Assembly: GCA_011109175.1 (NCBI GenBank) | Contig: RDEW01000038.1 | Span: 185,183-249,182 of the forward strand | DNA length: 64,000 bases | Source of the DNA: Dicyema japonicum | Lineage: Eukaryota; Animalia; Dicyemida | Reading direction: 5' to 3' | In this document: one piece after another, positions 24,821 to 38,270 of the stretch | How positions within the stretch are numbered: position 1 is the stretch's first letter | Layout: the number at the start of each line of letters is the position of its first letter | Notes under the pieces: model-generated | The model's database searches: none | Told to the model about the DNA's origin: nothing | What the model saw: only the letters and a program-made list of their open reading frames with translations | Made by a program: the position numbers and the translations under genes

Positions 24821-26958
24821 CGTGGCGTTATGTGGTTTACCAATTCTGTAAGTATTGGTATCGCCCAGAGGGCACCTAATGACCCTCCAAAGAGAATCAT
24901 TAAACATTTACCTCCGAGGAAATTGTCTCCTCGGCAGCACGTGATTTCAGCTTCATCTACCCGGAAGGAACCTCTAGCCCATCGTAAGAAACTGACCACG
25001 GTTCTACAACTAAGCTTTAATGGAGTAAAGAACAAAATATTGGAACTTCGTTCTCTCCTGACAGAGCTGAAGATCTACGTGGCTTTGATTCAAGAGACGA
25101 AACTGCCTATAAATAGTCCTACCCCGGTGTTCCCTGGATACAAGTCAATACGGACTGACCGGAATAGGAAGCGGGGTGGTGGTCTACTCATTTTAAAACC
25201 GGAAAGACCTTAGATGTGTGGACATCACTTCAGTGGTGAAGAATATCTTGGGAAAGGACGATGTTACTGAAGTCAATGCAATCTCACTTGAAACAATAAA
25301 TGGAAAAATTATTTTTGTGAACGTCCATGTACTTTCACCTAGTTCTTTCCCTAAGCACTACACTATCCCCAATTTATCCACTTTGGCTTCCTTGAACGAC
25401 GTGATCATTGGCGGGGATATCAACGACAAACACCCTCTATGGCTGGCAAGTCAACCGTCCGACTCAAGAGGAAAAGTACTACCTTCACAGACAGGACCTT
25501 TCACGGTCATGAATGACCCCTCGAAACATACGAGAACCCCTTTCAGGGAGTCAGATTAACTAACTTCTCCAGACATCACGTTTTGTTCTTTCGGCCTGGC
25601 CGCAATATCGACTTGGTCAGTCACTTACAACTCAAGAAGTGACCATAATGAGATCCTTTTTTAGATCAAGAGAGAAACGTCAACTAGGAGGTGGTCCCCA
25701 GAACAATTCAACTACAAACACGCAGACTGGAGACTTTACAGTACACTAACTGACAACCTACTGCAGTACCTGAATGACATTACTTCCGTAGACAAATTGG
25801 TCGCTTATGTAAACCGCACTATTTTGGATGCGAGATCACTATTTGTACCTAAACACCACCTTAACTACACTAGGGGATATGGCAGGTCAACTTTAACCGA
25901 GGAAAAAAATGAACTCAAAAAGTCTGGCTGATTAATTACTGAGGTTAAATTTAGACTGAAGGCTTTGAACAATTATCTAAAAAACAGGGAGGTAAGGACA
26001 CAAATATCAAGAAGGAAGCATGTGTTCTCGTTGAATAGAAATAGATCTACTACTGTATTTTGGAAGATTATCCAATACGTCTCAAGAGAGGATGAAAGAT
26101 CGTCCGAGGTGGACTTAAACAACCTAATAAAATACTATGTGAAAATATCCCGTAAAGACCACAAGAATTTACCAAACAAAGATCCCTGGAAAGCTCAAAC
26201 TCTGGCTAGCTAACTTCCTTAGTGGTCGGAGAGGACGCGTCCGCATTGGCCAGTCAAGGTCTATTTCACGGCTTCTCCCTAATGGGGTTCCCCAAGGATC
26301 CCCTTTATCTCTTGCTTTATTCAACCTCTTTACTCCATACTCCGAAAATGATATTATTCTAATTTATGCCGACGACATCGTTATTGTGTCACGCGATCAG
26401 GACATCCAAATTGCCATTTCGAAATTGCAAGAAAACCTGGACCATCTTGACGAATGGCTATCGAAGAATCGCCTAACTGCCAGCAGTGAAAAGTCCGTCA
26501 CAACCCTATTTACTTCAGACAAGAGACTGGGAAGACGGACGGTCGAACTGAAGGCAAACAATGAAGCTATTCCTTTCAGAAAATCCTAAAAGATCCTTGG
26601 GGTGACTTTTGACATGCACATGTCATTCTCTCCCCATGTTGAAAACGTAATTACGAAATGCGGAAAGAAATCCCCTCACAGGCTTATAAAAGATCGAAAA
26701 GCATTCTGTCTTGAGCCTCCAAAATCACGGAACGTTGGATTTCTGGAGAGTTCCAGCCACCATTGCCAGTTGAAGCCTTGATACGAATGAACCATGGAAC
26801 GCGCCGTCGTGACTGCGAAGGTTTAGTCACTCGACCGATACGTGCTTGTGTGGGGTCGAGGGATGAGCATCGGGCCAAGATGAGGTCCCTGCTAGTGCGT
26901 GCTGGGATTACGTGATTAGTTAGTCAATGTAACCGTGGTCTCTGGTGTTATTATTATT
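24821..26958 (+). mobile_element. Ingi/Vingi-like single-ORF LINE (APE-RT), internally deleted, with 5' leader and a 3' terminus
   Basis: LQLSFNG, IQETK, RGGGL, GGDIN, SPDIT, SDH, GVPQGSPLS, YADD; ends TTATTATTA. The 5' leader is duplicated at 24486 across a single-N join. Confidence 0.8.
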
Positions 26959-26959
26959 C

Positions 26960-27740
26960 ACGCATTTCAAGACCTTCAGAACAACTATTGCAATATGTAA
27001 AAGCGTCTCGAGGACAGCCAGCCTTTTCAAAATCAATCAAAACTACGTATTTTTTAAACAATTATTGAATGAAGACAAGGATTTCACTATTAATTCTGTT
27101 TGCCACATACTTACAGTCATAAAAATATCTTACTGCCTTGTTAGCACTTAAATAGTTATGATATTCTCATCTCTTGTGCAGCACCTAGGAAAATTTTTAG
27201 TGAGATGCCCCATCACTCCCTATTGAAGATGTGATTTAGGACCTCTGCATTAACTAGCTTTATTTTTGTATTTCTTCAATTTTCTTGGATTGCAACGAGT
27301 GGTGTGTATCTCGGTCTTTATCTTGGATTGCAATCGAAGTATTCTTCCATTAAATTTTTGGCAGGTACCATTAGATTTATTCTTAGGATATGTTTAAGAC
27401 ATAATTAAAGCCAGCTTCCCCATCAGGTCAGAATTACTTAGATTGAGAATAACAAAATTTTCTTTAGCACATCAATTATCTGACAAGCCTTAGTAGCCAG
27501 GAGTCGAGAAATGAGACTAGAAAATCAGATATTTTGGCATCTGTGGAATGGTAATGAAATTGATAAACTTGCTACCTTGAGATGTTTCTTAGATAAACGA
27601 CGCGATTAGATGAAAACTACATTTGTTACAAGTTTATCGCCTACGTTGAATATCAGATCTTTTTCGAGTGTTATAAAATTCGCAAAAATATTTTCTAACA
27701 GCAGACTTAACTTTTTTAAAGACTTTTTGATCGAACGCGG
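26960..27740 (-). other. Decayed intronless coding DNA, possibly another viral L fragment
   Basis: Long partly open frame (NIFANFITLEKDLIFNVGDK..KLVNAEVLNHI) with no TE motif; identity unconfirmed. Confidence 0.2.
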
Positions 27741-28675
27741 GATCACAGTAAGTAGTTTATTTATTTATTAACCCCGGATACACCGAGAAAAAAGTTAAAG
27801 TAAAAAAACTAATTACGTGTATTCAGTTTCCACTTCAACAGAAACAAAATCCATCCGGAATCAGCATAAAAGGTAAGACGTCCATTACATGCAGTTGTGG
27901 AAACCCCTCCAGTGGAGTGGGGAAGAGCAAATGATCCACAGTAAGTAGTGATTGATAAAATGCTAATATTTTAATAAAAACTCGAAGAATTAGAAATGAA
28001 ATCAATAAATTTTATTATTATATGGATAAGTTATTTATTATTTTTATTGATAAGTTATCGATAAAAGAAACAGTGAAGGCATACATTTAGTCAGTCGTGT
28101 ATAAGAGGTCTCTCGAAAATACAATCATCGAAGATAGGCATAGGATTAGTTAATTTCTTTTTCCAACAAACTGTGAGCTGACATGTGATTATTATGAGGA
28201 CTACCTTGCATTAGTAGCTTTATTCTTGTAAATATTTAACATAAAATCAATTATGATTAACCAATAANAACTTTATTATTATATGGATAAGTTATTTATT
28301 ATTTTTATTGATAAGTTATCGATAAAAGAAACAGTGAAGGCATACATTTAGTCAGTCGTGCATAAGAGGACTCTCAAAAGTACAATCGTCGAAGATAGGC
28401 ATAGGATTAGTTAATTTCTTTTTCCAACAAATTGTGAACTGACATGTGATTATTATGAGGACTACCTTGCATTAGTAGCTTTATTCTTGTAAATATTTAA
28501 CATAAAATCAATTATGATTAACCAATAATAAGCAATAACAATTCACAGAATTCAATCAATATCATTAAAAACAAATAATTAGTGGCCACAAATGCATAAT
28601 CAACTACTTTGTATCAGAACATAGGAAATCAACATATAAAATTGATATTATGTTAGTTAAAAATAAGATAACTAT

Positions 28676-30356
28676 TTATTTTTCGTAGGGTAGAGGAGGC
28701 ATTCTTTCATTAATTTTATCTACCATTTTGACCTCATTAAAATTGTTAATTTCACAGTTCTTTACTCCAATCTTGACAAGAGCTAATATAAATACAACGA
28801 CGTACCATCTCGGATGCCACTATGTCCACTGGCAAGTGTTCCAGGCGGGATAAGCCCATCAGAAGTGAGTCCCTTTAGTTGCAAAATGCACTCACTCTCC
28901 TCTCTTCACTAACAAACATGCAAAACCTCAGTAAAGTAAATGTCTTAGCCAACCGTCCAACAGCTTTTATTTTAGACTTGATAATATCCCTTCTTGCATG
29001 ATCCATGTTTTGCACTAAAATTGGATCTTAAGAATACAAATGTTTGTATCATCATCCATCAACTCCTCTTCAGAGCAAACATTGAGAATTTCGGACAGCA
29101 TTTCAGTCACTTTTTCGACAGCAAACGGCAGAGACCAGGTGAAAGCATTCATAAAGTTGGGAAGCCAGTAAGGATGTGGGGAAGCCTTGAACTGTCTCAC
29201 ATTCAGAACTTCATTATCATAGTTTAGAATAGCAGCTTTTTTTACGTAAAACCCAAAACCTTTATTCCCGTAAACATCCAGGTAGTTGGGAGCAGAGAAA
29301 ATTGTAATCAGAGAAGGAAAGTTGGTCTTTGGATTATTTGCGTACATTCGGTAACTGGAAAGAAAAAAACGAGTAAAACCCAGCATCCTGAGCCTCGTGA
29401 GCTCTAATAAGACAAATCAGATTGTTTTTGTTGAGAAATTTGCAGCAAGCGCTATGGGAGAAGTTGTACGAGCATCCACGAACTGGGTTGGTTGAAAATG
29501 GCTGAGAAGAGGTGTTTTGATCGTATTTCTCAAAAGGATCCGCCCATAGAATATCACAAAGTGGTCCAGAAGAAGGAGGCTCTCTCACCCGATCAATCTA
29601 AGAGTTAGTCAGTACATTGAAATTATGAGGCCAATAAACTCACTTCTGATAAGTCCTTGATTGTCTTTATATCAGGGGATAGTCCTCCGTGAAGACACAA
29701 AAATTCTCCATGAACGATAGCAGCCAATGGCAAGTAGTCAAAGGAGGTCATACAAGCATCATAAACATCGATGTTGTACTTCATCAAGCCTAAAAGTAAT
29801 CGAAGGGTGACAACATTCTTTCTTAAAGGTGAAATATTGAGAAAGATGGCGGCACTCATGGTTTCCTCTGAGTAAGAAGATTCTGCCCGACATGTTGATT
29901 TTCAGAGACCACAAAAGTATTACACACTGAGATTTATAAGCACAAGGAACCTCAATAGAAAACGAGCCACGGTCAACATAGTCTCCAAGAAAGAGATATT
30001 TGAAGTCTTTGGTGGGACCTCCGACAGTGAACAGTTTAATTAGGTCATAGTACTGTCCATGGACATCTCCACATACTATAATTCTGTAAATTTATTGCCA
30101 TATCTGCTTTACTATTAATTGGGCCGGTGGGGATCTGCAAGACATTTGGTTCCTTTTTAAAAAGATTAGTCGTCATCTCGATTATTTTTAGCACCGCTTC
30201 TATGGTCAGTCTACCTTGAGTGAATAAATGGTTTTTCAAAGTCTCAATGTTGATGGTATTTGTCTTCTTGTCATAGATTTCCTCAAACGATAAAAATTTA
30301 GTGTTTATTGGAGTGAACTCTAAATTAACAACGATGGAAGCACCAATATGAGACAT
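28676..30356 (-). CDS. PPP3C: Calcineurin catalytic subunit A (~468 aa)
   Basis: GDVHGQ, GDYVDRG, RGNHE, SAPNYLD, CnB-binding [10 protein letters not shown], CaM-binding [11 protein letters not shown], autoinhibitory NERMPP. Ten GT-AG introns of 23-46 nt. Confidence 0.95.
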
Positions 30357-30729
30357 TGACCAAATACCATGACAATTTATTAAAAGTTATTGAATTATTT
30401 ATTATTTTTTTATTAGAAAATAAATAAATTATATTCTTATTTTTATAATTTAATTCATTTTGAACTTTTTGTGAATTTATTTAAATTATGCAAAAGAATA
30501 AAATTTCAAATTATTTAGATAACAGAAATAACATTAATTTAACAAATATAGCTTAAAATTAATGTTTCCATTAAATTCAAACTCATTGTATTTAAATTTT
30601 CAGATAAATGTAAATGTAATTCTCATTATGTGTTAAATTGTTTTATCTAATTATTTTATTTTATCCAAAATATTCACGAAAATCGATTTTTAATAATTGA
30701 ATATAGTTCACATATTTTGCTTTGGATTG

Positions 30730-30950
30730 AAGAGTGACGCCGTCACCAGTGAACATTTCACTGCGGAACCAGATCGTCTGAAAAGGATTCACAAGCAAAA
30801 AAAAAGTGAAGAACATTCCTTGTTTCTTCTTCTATGATTCGTTATCATAACTCTTCTTCACTTAAATAATGAGTTTGTCCTGCCTGGGTGAAGCTATAGT
30901 AATATAAAGTCGGTATTTATTTCTCTGCGTAAAGTGCGGATGGACTGATT
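30730..30950 (+). mobile_element. tRNA-derived SINE, 5'-truncated copy
   Basis: GAGTGACGCCGTCACCAGTG..CACTGCGGAAC core plus A-rich linker and tail, as at 61610-61897. Confidence 0.7.
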
Positions 30951-31951
30951 TTTTTNNNNNNNNNNNNNNNNNNNNNNNNNNNNNNNNNNNNNNNNNNNNN
31001 NNNNNNNNNNNNNNNNNNNNNNNNNNNNNNNNNNNNNNNNNNNNNNNNNNNNNNNNNNNNNNNNNNNNNNNNNNNNNNNNNNNNNNNNNNNNNNNNNNNN
31101 NNNNNNNNNNNNNNNNNNNNNNNNNNNNNNNNNNNNNNNNNNNNNNNNNNNNNNNNNNNNNNNNNNNNNNNNNNNNNNNNNNNNNNNNNNNNNNNNNNNN
31201 NNNNNNNNNNNNNNNNNNNNNNNNNNNNNNNNNNNNNNNNNNNNNNNNNNNNNNNNNNNNNNNNNNNNNNNNNNNNNNNNNNNNNNNNNNNNNNNNNNNN
31301 NNNNNNNNNNNNNNNNNNNNNNNNNNNNNNNNNNNNNNNNNNNNNNNNNNNNNNNNNNNNNNNNNNNNNNNNNNNNNNNNNNNNNNNNNNNNNNNNNNNN
31401 NNNNNNNNNNNNNNNNNNNNNNNNNNNNNNNNNNNNNNNNNNNNNNNNNNNNNNNNNNNNNNNNNNNNNNNNNNNNNNNNNNNNNNNNNNNNNNNNNNNN
31501 NNNNNNNNNNNNNNNNNNNNNNNNNNNNNNNNNNNNNNNNNNNNNNNNNNNNNNNNNNNNNNNNNNNNNNNNNNNNNNNNNNNNNNNNNNNNNNNNNNNN
31601 NNNNNNNNNNNNNNNNNNNNNNNNNNNNNNNNNNNNNNNNNNNNNNNNNNNNNNNNNNNNNNNNNNNNNNNNNNNNNNNNNNNNNNNNNNNNNNNNNNNN
31701 NNNNNNNNNNNNNNNNNNNNNNNNNNNNNNNNNNNNNNNNNNNNNNNNNNNNNNNNNNNNNNNNNNNNNNNNNNNNNNNNNNNNNNNNNNNNNNNNNNNN
31801 NNNNNNNNNNNNNNNNNAAAATAACTAAAATTAAAAAAATAAGTTGTCATTAAACATTCAATTAATTTTAATGATTTGATATCAAAGTCATCATAACATC
31901 CCACATGAGTATAATTTCACGAAGACCTATGCATCGATTTGATCTCTAAAA

Positions 31952-32560
31952 TACCGTATCTGCCCGTATATAAGTCGAACTTTTTAGATCAAAAAAAGAA
32001 CTAAAAAATTGACCTCGACTTAACACCGAGTCTGAAATTCAACTTCGTATTTATCGCTTCAAATGTGATGGTAATTACTACACTCTTCACAAAAAAGTTC
32101 TTAGCCAGTAAGAGCAGAATAATGTGGAAACTGAAGATAAAGAAGACCAAGAAGATCCCCTTTATGACGGCAGACTAAACGAAAATGAATGGAACGAGTT
32201 TTTCGAAAATAGTGACAATGAAGACGGATATTGCGTTCACTGCCCTTAGAAAGACATATTATGCGTTCTCGTACGTGGAAGTTGCTAAGTACTTCGTTTG
32301 GCCGCCGTTCGCATCGGTAACGGCTCGAATTCTTCTTGAGTTTCGAAGATGTTGCGAATTGATCTGCAAAGCCGAATCAGAAATGCTGCAATTCCAACGC
32401 TCTCGATGGGACAGAAGACGACCTTATCTTGGAAGAGGAGGAAACTGAAGATAAAGAAGACCAAGAAGATGTCCTTTATGACGGCAGACTAAACGAAAAT
32501 GAATGGAACGAGCTTTTCGGAAATAGTGACAATAAAGACAGATTTTGAATTCTATGTAAG
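31952..32560 (+). mobile_element. pogo-family (POGK-like) remnant with an internal ~105-bp repeat
   Basis: TA-CCGTATCTGCCCGTATATAAGTCG TIR-like start; KCCNSNALDGTEDD and an acidic C-terminus. Confidence 0.6.
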
Positions 32561-32599
32561 CATTTTATAATTTTAATTTATTGTTTTTTGTGTTTTTTA

Positions 32600-33575
32600 G
32601 ATCACAAAATCGTGTTGTTTTGGACGGACGGTCGTTGTTATGCCTGTTGTGAGAAAAGCACCTGAAAAGAATGTTCCCACTTCGAAGAAAAAAACACCAG
32701 CCAAGTCAACTGAGATGTGTTCGTCTTGTCAGAACTCGGAAGCATGGGATCTCCTGCTGTGCCTGTGGATATTTTTTCCACCTCGGGTGCATCAAACTAT
32801 CCCAAGCCGCAGCGAGCGTGTTTGGAGAATGGCACTGCCAGTCATGCCTCGGCCTATGCAAGGAGGTTCCCCGTGTCAATGTTAACTTTCCCGTTAATTA
32901 CCCATCAACCACGGACTCTGAAACATTTCGTGGATGCGCTTATTCAGTTTTGCGCCTTTCGCACTGGAGCTTGATCGAGATGGTCACGAAAAGAAGTCTC
33001 TCGCTACCACCATGAAGACCAAAATTCGTTTTTTAAGAGGTATCCACATCCCATGTTGTCCCATGGCTTCTAACCGTACTAAGGAGACACGTGGTCATAA
33101 CCAGGAAGTCGAAGTGCTCCGTATCAAGAGAACAATCCGGTCGAAGTTAATCGAAGGTAGCAACCGCGCAGCCATCAGGGCACTTTCCTCGAGTGGACCA
33201 CGAAAACCGATTCCAGACGCCTACAATATTTTATTGAACAAGCATCCAATGCCATCCCAAAACCTACGCCAAGTCGCTCCCCCATCCGGAGTGAGTCCCC
33301 TGGTTGCATCAAACGATAAAGTTCTCCTTGCAAAACGGAATTTTGCCCCTAGTAGCAATGGCGGGCTCGACGGAATGAGACCTGGTTACTTGAAGGATCT
33401 AACCTCTTTGTCCGTAGGAAACCAGGGATTTCGTCTTACGAATTCAATTACTTCACTTATGAATCAGATAATATATGGAGGTCCTCCCGAAGTTATCCGC
33501 AATGTCCTGAACTCTGCCAATTTGATAGCCTTTGATAAAAAAGGAGGAGGAGTACGACCAATTACTCAGTGTTAA
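32600..33575 (+). mobile_element. CRE-clade retrotransposon 5' part with N-terminal PHD finger
   Basis: CSSC..CCACGYFFHLGC..WHCQSC across a frameshift, then GGLDGMRPGYLKDL and ANLIAFDKKGGGVRPI. Confidence 0.8.
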
Positions 33576-33849
33576 ATAATATATCTGACTTGTTTTATTA
33601 TACTCATATTATGCTGATCCTAAAAAAATAGTGATTGAATGAATAACTACAAAACCATACTTAGGGACAGCGAAAACATTAATGATTTAAACGTTAAAAT
33701 TTTTTAAATACATTAAATTATTATTATTTAATAAATTAATAATTAATGTTCATCAAAAAACTTTCTGAACAAATTTCATAAAGCTTGATAAATCAACGTA
33801 TACAATCTTTAAAAATAAATAAATAAATAACTACGGACAGAAAAGAAAA

Positions 33850-34395
33850 ACATACACTGGATTTGAACATTTAAGGAGACTCCATACCACTACAGATTCG
33901 TTCAACTATCCTGGGAGTGAGTTTTGACCCTTTGATGACATTTTCTCAACATGTGAAGAACGTTATGACAAAGGGTATAAGGAAAATTAATATAATCAAA
34001 CCGCTTTTGAAGTCCAGACCGTCACAGGAATGCGCCCACGTCGTGTTCACTCAACTCCTAAAACCGATGACTGAGTACGCTTGTGCCTCATGGCCCTATG
34101 GAGCTTCGATATCAAATTCACTCAAGATTAATTCCCTAATTGGCAAAACTAGCACGTCTAACGAATCTAAGGCTAGAGGCATCAGATACACGAAATTTGG
34201 GGAAAAAACCCACCCCTCTTCAAACTCTAATGAAAGATGATCGTCGTCTATTCAGGAAAGCCGTAGGTACTCTGGAGGAATACAGGAAAAATCTCTAGAT
34301 CCTGTTGAGGCGTACCGGGATCACTTAATTAGTTGGTTTACTCCTTCTTTCTTGGTGTTCACTTTTCGAGGTTATTAAATAAATAAATAAATAAA
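33850..34395 (+). mobile_element. Ingi/Vingi-like LINE 3' fragment
   Basis: GVSFDPLMTFSQHV, KPMTEYACASW; GGGATCACTT terminus and (TAAA)n. Confidence 0.7.
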
Positions 34396-34429
34396 GCTTG
34401 AAAAACATTTCTAATGCTGGTCATGTATA

Positions 34430-35050
34430 GGACAACTATTCATTTTATTACTTGACCACGCAGCAATCCTGAACAATGAGTCTGGTTTCATCACTCTCAG
34501 TGACTCAGACTCAGATCGCTTTTATCAATCAGCGTTTGAAGCAGCCAAAACACAACGAGCCGTGCATTTCCTATGATAGCGCCTCATATGGGGCATTAGA
34601 TTTGTTGAACTAATAATCAGAAAATTGCGGCTTCACAAAAGAAGGCTTTAGAGTTATTGAGAAGTATTCTACAAACAATTAAAATATGATGCCGGTACTC
34701 TAGGAAATCTTAATCAGAAAGAATAACGGAGGAGGTCTGATCCAATGTGATCAGGTGACAACCCAACCCCAACGAGCTTGTATAAGATAAAGAGAACGTC
34801 TAGATAAGTTGAGAAGTTTGTGCAAATTTGTGAGATCATTTAGTTTTATTCAGTTTACTCTGTTGCTAGCCAAGGTCCTCAATGAGTTCAGACCGTCTCC
34901 GGATTTAAATTCTTTTATCAGTTTTCCGAATCCTTTGTAGGACGACATGCAAAATTATCCTCAAGAAAACAGACCTAGTAGCTTTCCATCTTTCTGTTCG
35001 ATGGGAATGCCAACTCCATCCTAAGGAAAAGTCTTCATTAATTGTTTTAT
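34430..35050 (+). other. Candidate endogenous viral element: L fragment
   Basis: DRFYQSAFEAAKTQRAVHFL/YDSASYGALDLL, similar to 7590-7740. Confidence 0.35.
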
Positions 35051-35953
35051 CNNNNNNNNNNNNNNNNNNNNNNNNNNNNNNNNNNNNNNNNNNNNNNNNN
35101 NNNNNNNNNNNNNNNNNNNNNNNNNNNNNNNNNNNNNNNNNNNNNNNNNNNNNNNNNNNNNNNNNNNNNNNNNNNNNNNNNNNNNNNNNNNNNNNNNNNN
35201 NNNNNNNNNNNNNNNNNNNNNNNNNNNNNNNNNNNNNNNNNNNNNNNNNNNNNNNNNNNNNNNNNNNNNNNNNNNNNNNNNNNNNNNNNNNNNNNNNNNN
35301 NNNNNNNNNNNNNNNNNNNNNNNNNNNNNNNNNNNNNNNNNNNNNNNNNNNNNNNNNNNNNNNNNNNNNNNNNNNNNNNNNNNNNNNNNNNNNNNNNNNN
35401 NNNNNNNNNNNNNNNNNNNNNNNNNNNNNNNNNNNNNNNNNNNNNNNNNNNNNNNNNNNNNNNNNNNNNNNNNNNNNNNNNNNNNNNNNNNNNNNNNNNN
35501 NNNNNNNNNNNNNNNNNNNNNNNNNNNNNNNNNNNNNNNNNNNNNNNNNNNNNNNNNNNNNNNNNNNNNNNNNNNNNNNNNNNNNNNNNNNNNNNNNNNN
35601 NNNNNNNNNNNNNNNNNNNNNNNNNNNNNNNNNNNNNNNNNNNNNNNNNNNNNNNNNNNNNNNNNNNNNNNNNNNNNNNNNNNNNNNNNNNNNNNNNNNN
35701 NNNNNNNNNNNNNNNNNNNNNNNNNNNNNNNNNNNNNNNNNNNNNNNNNNNNNNNNNNNNNNNNNNNNNNNNNNNNNNNNNNNNNNNNNNNNNNNNNNNN
35801 NNNNNNNNNNNNNNNNNNNNNNNNNNNNNNNNNNNNNNNNNNNNNNNNNNNNNNNNNNNNNNNNNNNNNNNNNNNNNNNNNNNNNNNNNNNNNNNNNNNN
35901 NNNNNNNNNNNNNNNNNNNNNNNNNNNNNNNNNNNNNNNNNNNNNNNNNNNNA

Positions 35954-36661
35954 TTGTTTTGGTAAAACGAAAAGTAAAGAACGAGTTTCAGTTCTTTTAT
36001 GCTGCAGCCGTGAAGGCGAGAAATTAAAACCCCTTGTTATCGGGAAATTCAAATCCCCAAGATGCTTAAAAAACATAAATACAGAAGATTATGGGGTATA
36101 TTGTGTTGGGTTAATTTTAGGTTCTATATACAGCTTCAAAAAACGCATGGATGACGATGGATATTTTTGATACATGGCTACAAAAAATAAACTTCGAAAT
36201 GGTTCAAAAAAACAGGAAAATTTTGATTATTATGGATAATGCACGTTGTCACAAATGTCAGGAATATTCAAACTTATCATTTCTTAAACTTCCTAAAAAC
36301 ACAACAGCACTTCTTCAACCTTTAGATATGGGGATCATAAACTCATTCAAATCATGTTATGAATAATCTTGAATCTTCATTATTTAACATTTGCCCTGAA
36401 GGGCTTAAAGAATACTATGAATTTAGGATTAAAATTTCAAAAATGCTAAGAAACAAATATTCCATTGGGAACAAAATAACTGATTATTTTTCATAAATAA
36501 ATTGATTCCTTTTTGCAATATGAAGCAAAACATTGTATTGTAAAAATAATTATTTAAAAATACGAATAGAGAGGTTAAAAATGTAATAATTTAGTATACT
36601 CTCTATATTTGGGGCACCCTCTATATTTGGGGCACTTTTCTATTGGGGCGGGGTCCTACTG
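35954..36661 (+). mobile_element. Tigger/pogo transposon, right part (DD29D transposase with a 25-nt intron)
   Basis: KERVSVLLCC..KLKPLVIGK..MDNARCH..QPLDMG; ends CTACTG|TA with GGGGC subterminal repeats. Confidence 0.85.
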
Positions 36662-36860
36662 TAATAACACCAGAAACCACGGTTACACAAACTAACTAAT
36701 CACGTGATCCCAGCACGCTCTAGCATGGATCTCATTTTGGCCCGATGCTCCTCCCTCGACCCCACACAAGCACGCATTGATCGAGTGACTGGACCTTCGC
36801 AGTCACGACTGCACGTTCCATGGTTCGTTCTTTATCAAGGCTTCAAGAGGCATTGGTGGC
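36662..36860 (-). mobile_element. 3' terminus of Ingi/Vingi-like LINE
   Basis: Reverse-complement match to 26758-26955; older copies at ~47225-47310 and ~53540-53700. Confidence 0.75.
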
Positions 36861-37795
36861 TGGTATACGCTGATGATGTGGACTTCGTATCGGAATATAA
36901 AGCAGCCTTGAGGTGGCTACTTTACGTTGCCCCTGCAGAGCTTGGGAAATGGTTTCTTACGGTGAATACAACTAAAACTAAAATTGTGGAAATCGTAAGC
37001 ATGGAATCAACATTGGAAGATGGATGGAGACGTTCCAGAAAGCTCGGCTCCCTCCTCGGAGACAATGAGGACATCACCCGGAGGAAAGTACTATCAACGG
37101 TCGCACTGAACAGGATGAAGACGGATTTGTTGGCTAAAAGACCGGTAACGATCGCGCTTCGTTTACGCCTCTATAATGCTTTTGTGAAGCCGGTCCTGCT
37201 ATATAACTCTTCCTGCTGGGGGACCTCGGTCTCAGAAACCAAGAATCTTAACTTTTTCCACCGAAGGCAATTACGAATACTGTGCGGGGTACAATGGCCG
37301 ACACGGATCAACAATGAGGCACTGTACCGAAAGTGCTCAACGCGACCTGTGACTTGGGATGTGGTGGAGGCCTGATGGAGACTGTTTGGACACATCCTAC
37401 GGATGGATCTCAATGGCCGAACGGATCAACAATGATGCACTGTACCGAAAGTGCTCAACGCGACCTGTGACTTGGGATGTGGTGGAGGCCCGATGGAGAC
37501 TGTTTGGACACGTCCTACGGATGGATCTACATCACCTGAAAATTTGGCAATGGAGGAATATTTCGATGCAAGTGGAAAAAAATATCAGGGGCGCACGCGA
37601 ACTACGCTACCGGGGGTACTGGATGAGGATCTCAAAGCAATCAACGGAGGCTCGTAAGTGGGGAGGATCTAGATGCTATAAAAAGTTTGGCATGTAACAG
37701 GGGAGGATGGACGAGATTGATCCAAAAAATCGCTTTAAGTGCCCACGTGTAGAAATATAACAATTATTTTTCTACGATAGTTGCCTATAATAATA
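36861..37795 (+). mobile_element. RTE-clade LINE 3' half
   Basis: YADDVDFV, KLGSLLGD, LYNAFVKPVLLYN, RWRLFGHVLR; 3' hairpin and TAATAATAA. Confidence 0.9.
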
Positions 37796-38270
37796 ATTAT
37801 CAAGGATTATTGAAGCAGACTGAAATAGAAAAGTTGCATAAGTACGATTTATTGGCTGGAGAGCCTAGGATACTTTATGGTGCTCCAGCCCACGTGTAGA
37901 AATATAACAATTATTTTTCTACGATAGTTGCCTATAATAATAATTATCAAGGATTATTGAAGCAGACTGAAATAGAAAAGTTGCATAAGTACGATTTATT
38001 GGCTGGAGAGCCTAGGATACTTTATGGTGCTCCAGTCAAAGTCATACCTATTGTTCTAACCTGGGACGGTGTCGTTTCGAAGGCTAATAAATCTAGGAAC
38101 CATCACAATCGATGAGCCAACCTGAACATGTATCCAATCCGTTATCCTTAAAAAAACGTTGGAGAGCATGTTGGTGGAGTATAAGTATGGGGTGCACACA
38201 ATCGAGGAAGATTTGGTTACAGCAACCAATCACCTGGTGGATTTGGCAGTTCAGTTCATGACGTCCTAAG
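37796..38270 (+). mobile_element. R4-clade C-terminal remnant
   Basis: EIEKLHKYDLLA..VIPIVLTWDGVVS..IQSVILKKTLESMLVE. Confidence 0.75.

Noticed and set aside
24800-24821. TTTTAG before the LINE start as a trans-splice acceptor
   Set aside because: The sister element at 59934 has no AG at that position; probably flanking sequence.
30894-31904. Long ORFs spanning N runs (also 4032-4872, 35021-36076, 56829-57662)
   Set aside because: Artefacts of assembly gaps.
36704-37375. 223-aa ORF as a novel fusion protein
   Set aside because: Chance read-through from an antisense LINE terminus into an RTE fragment.
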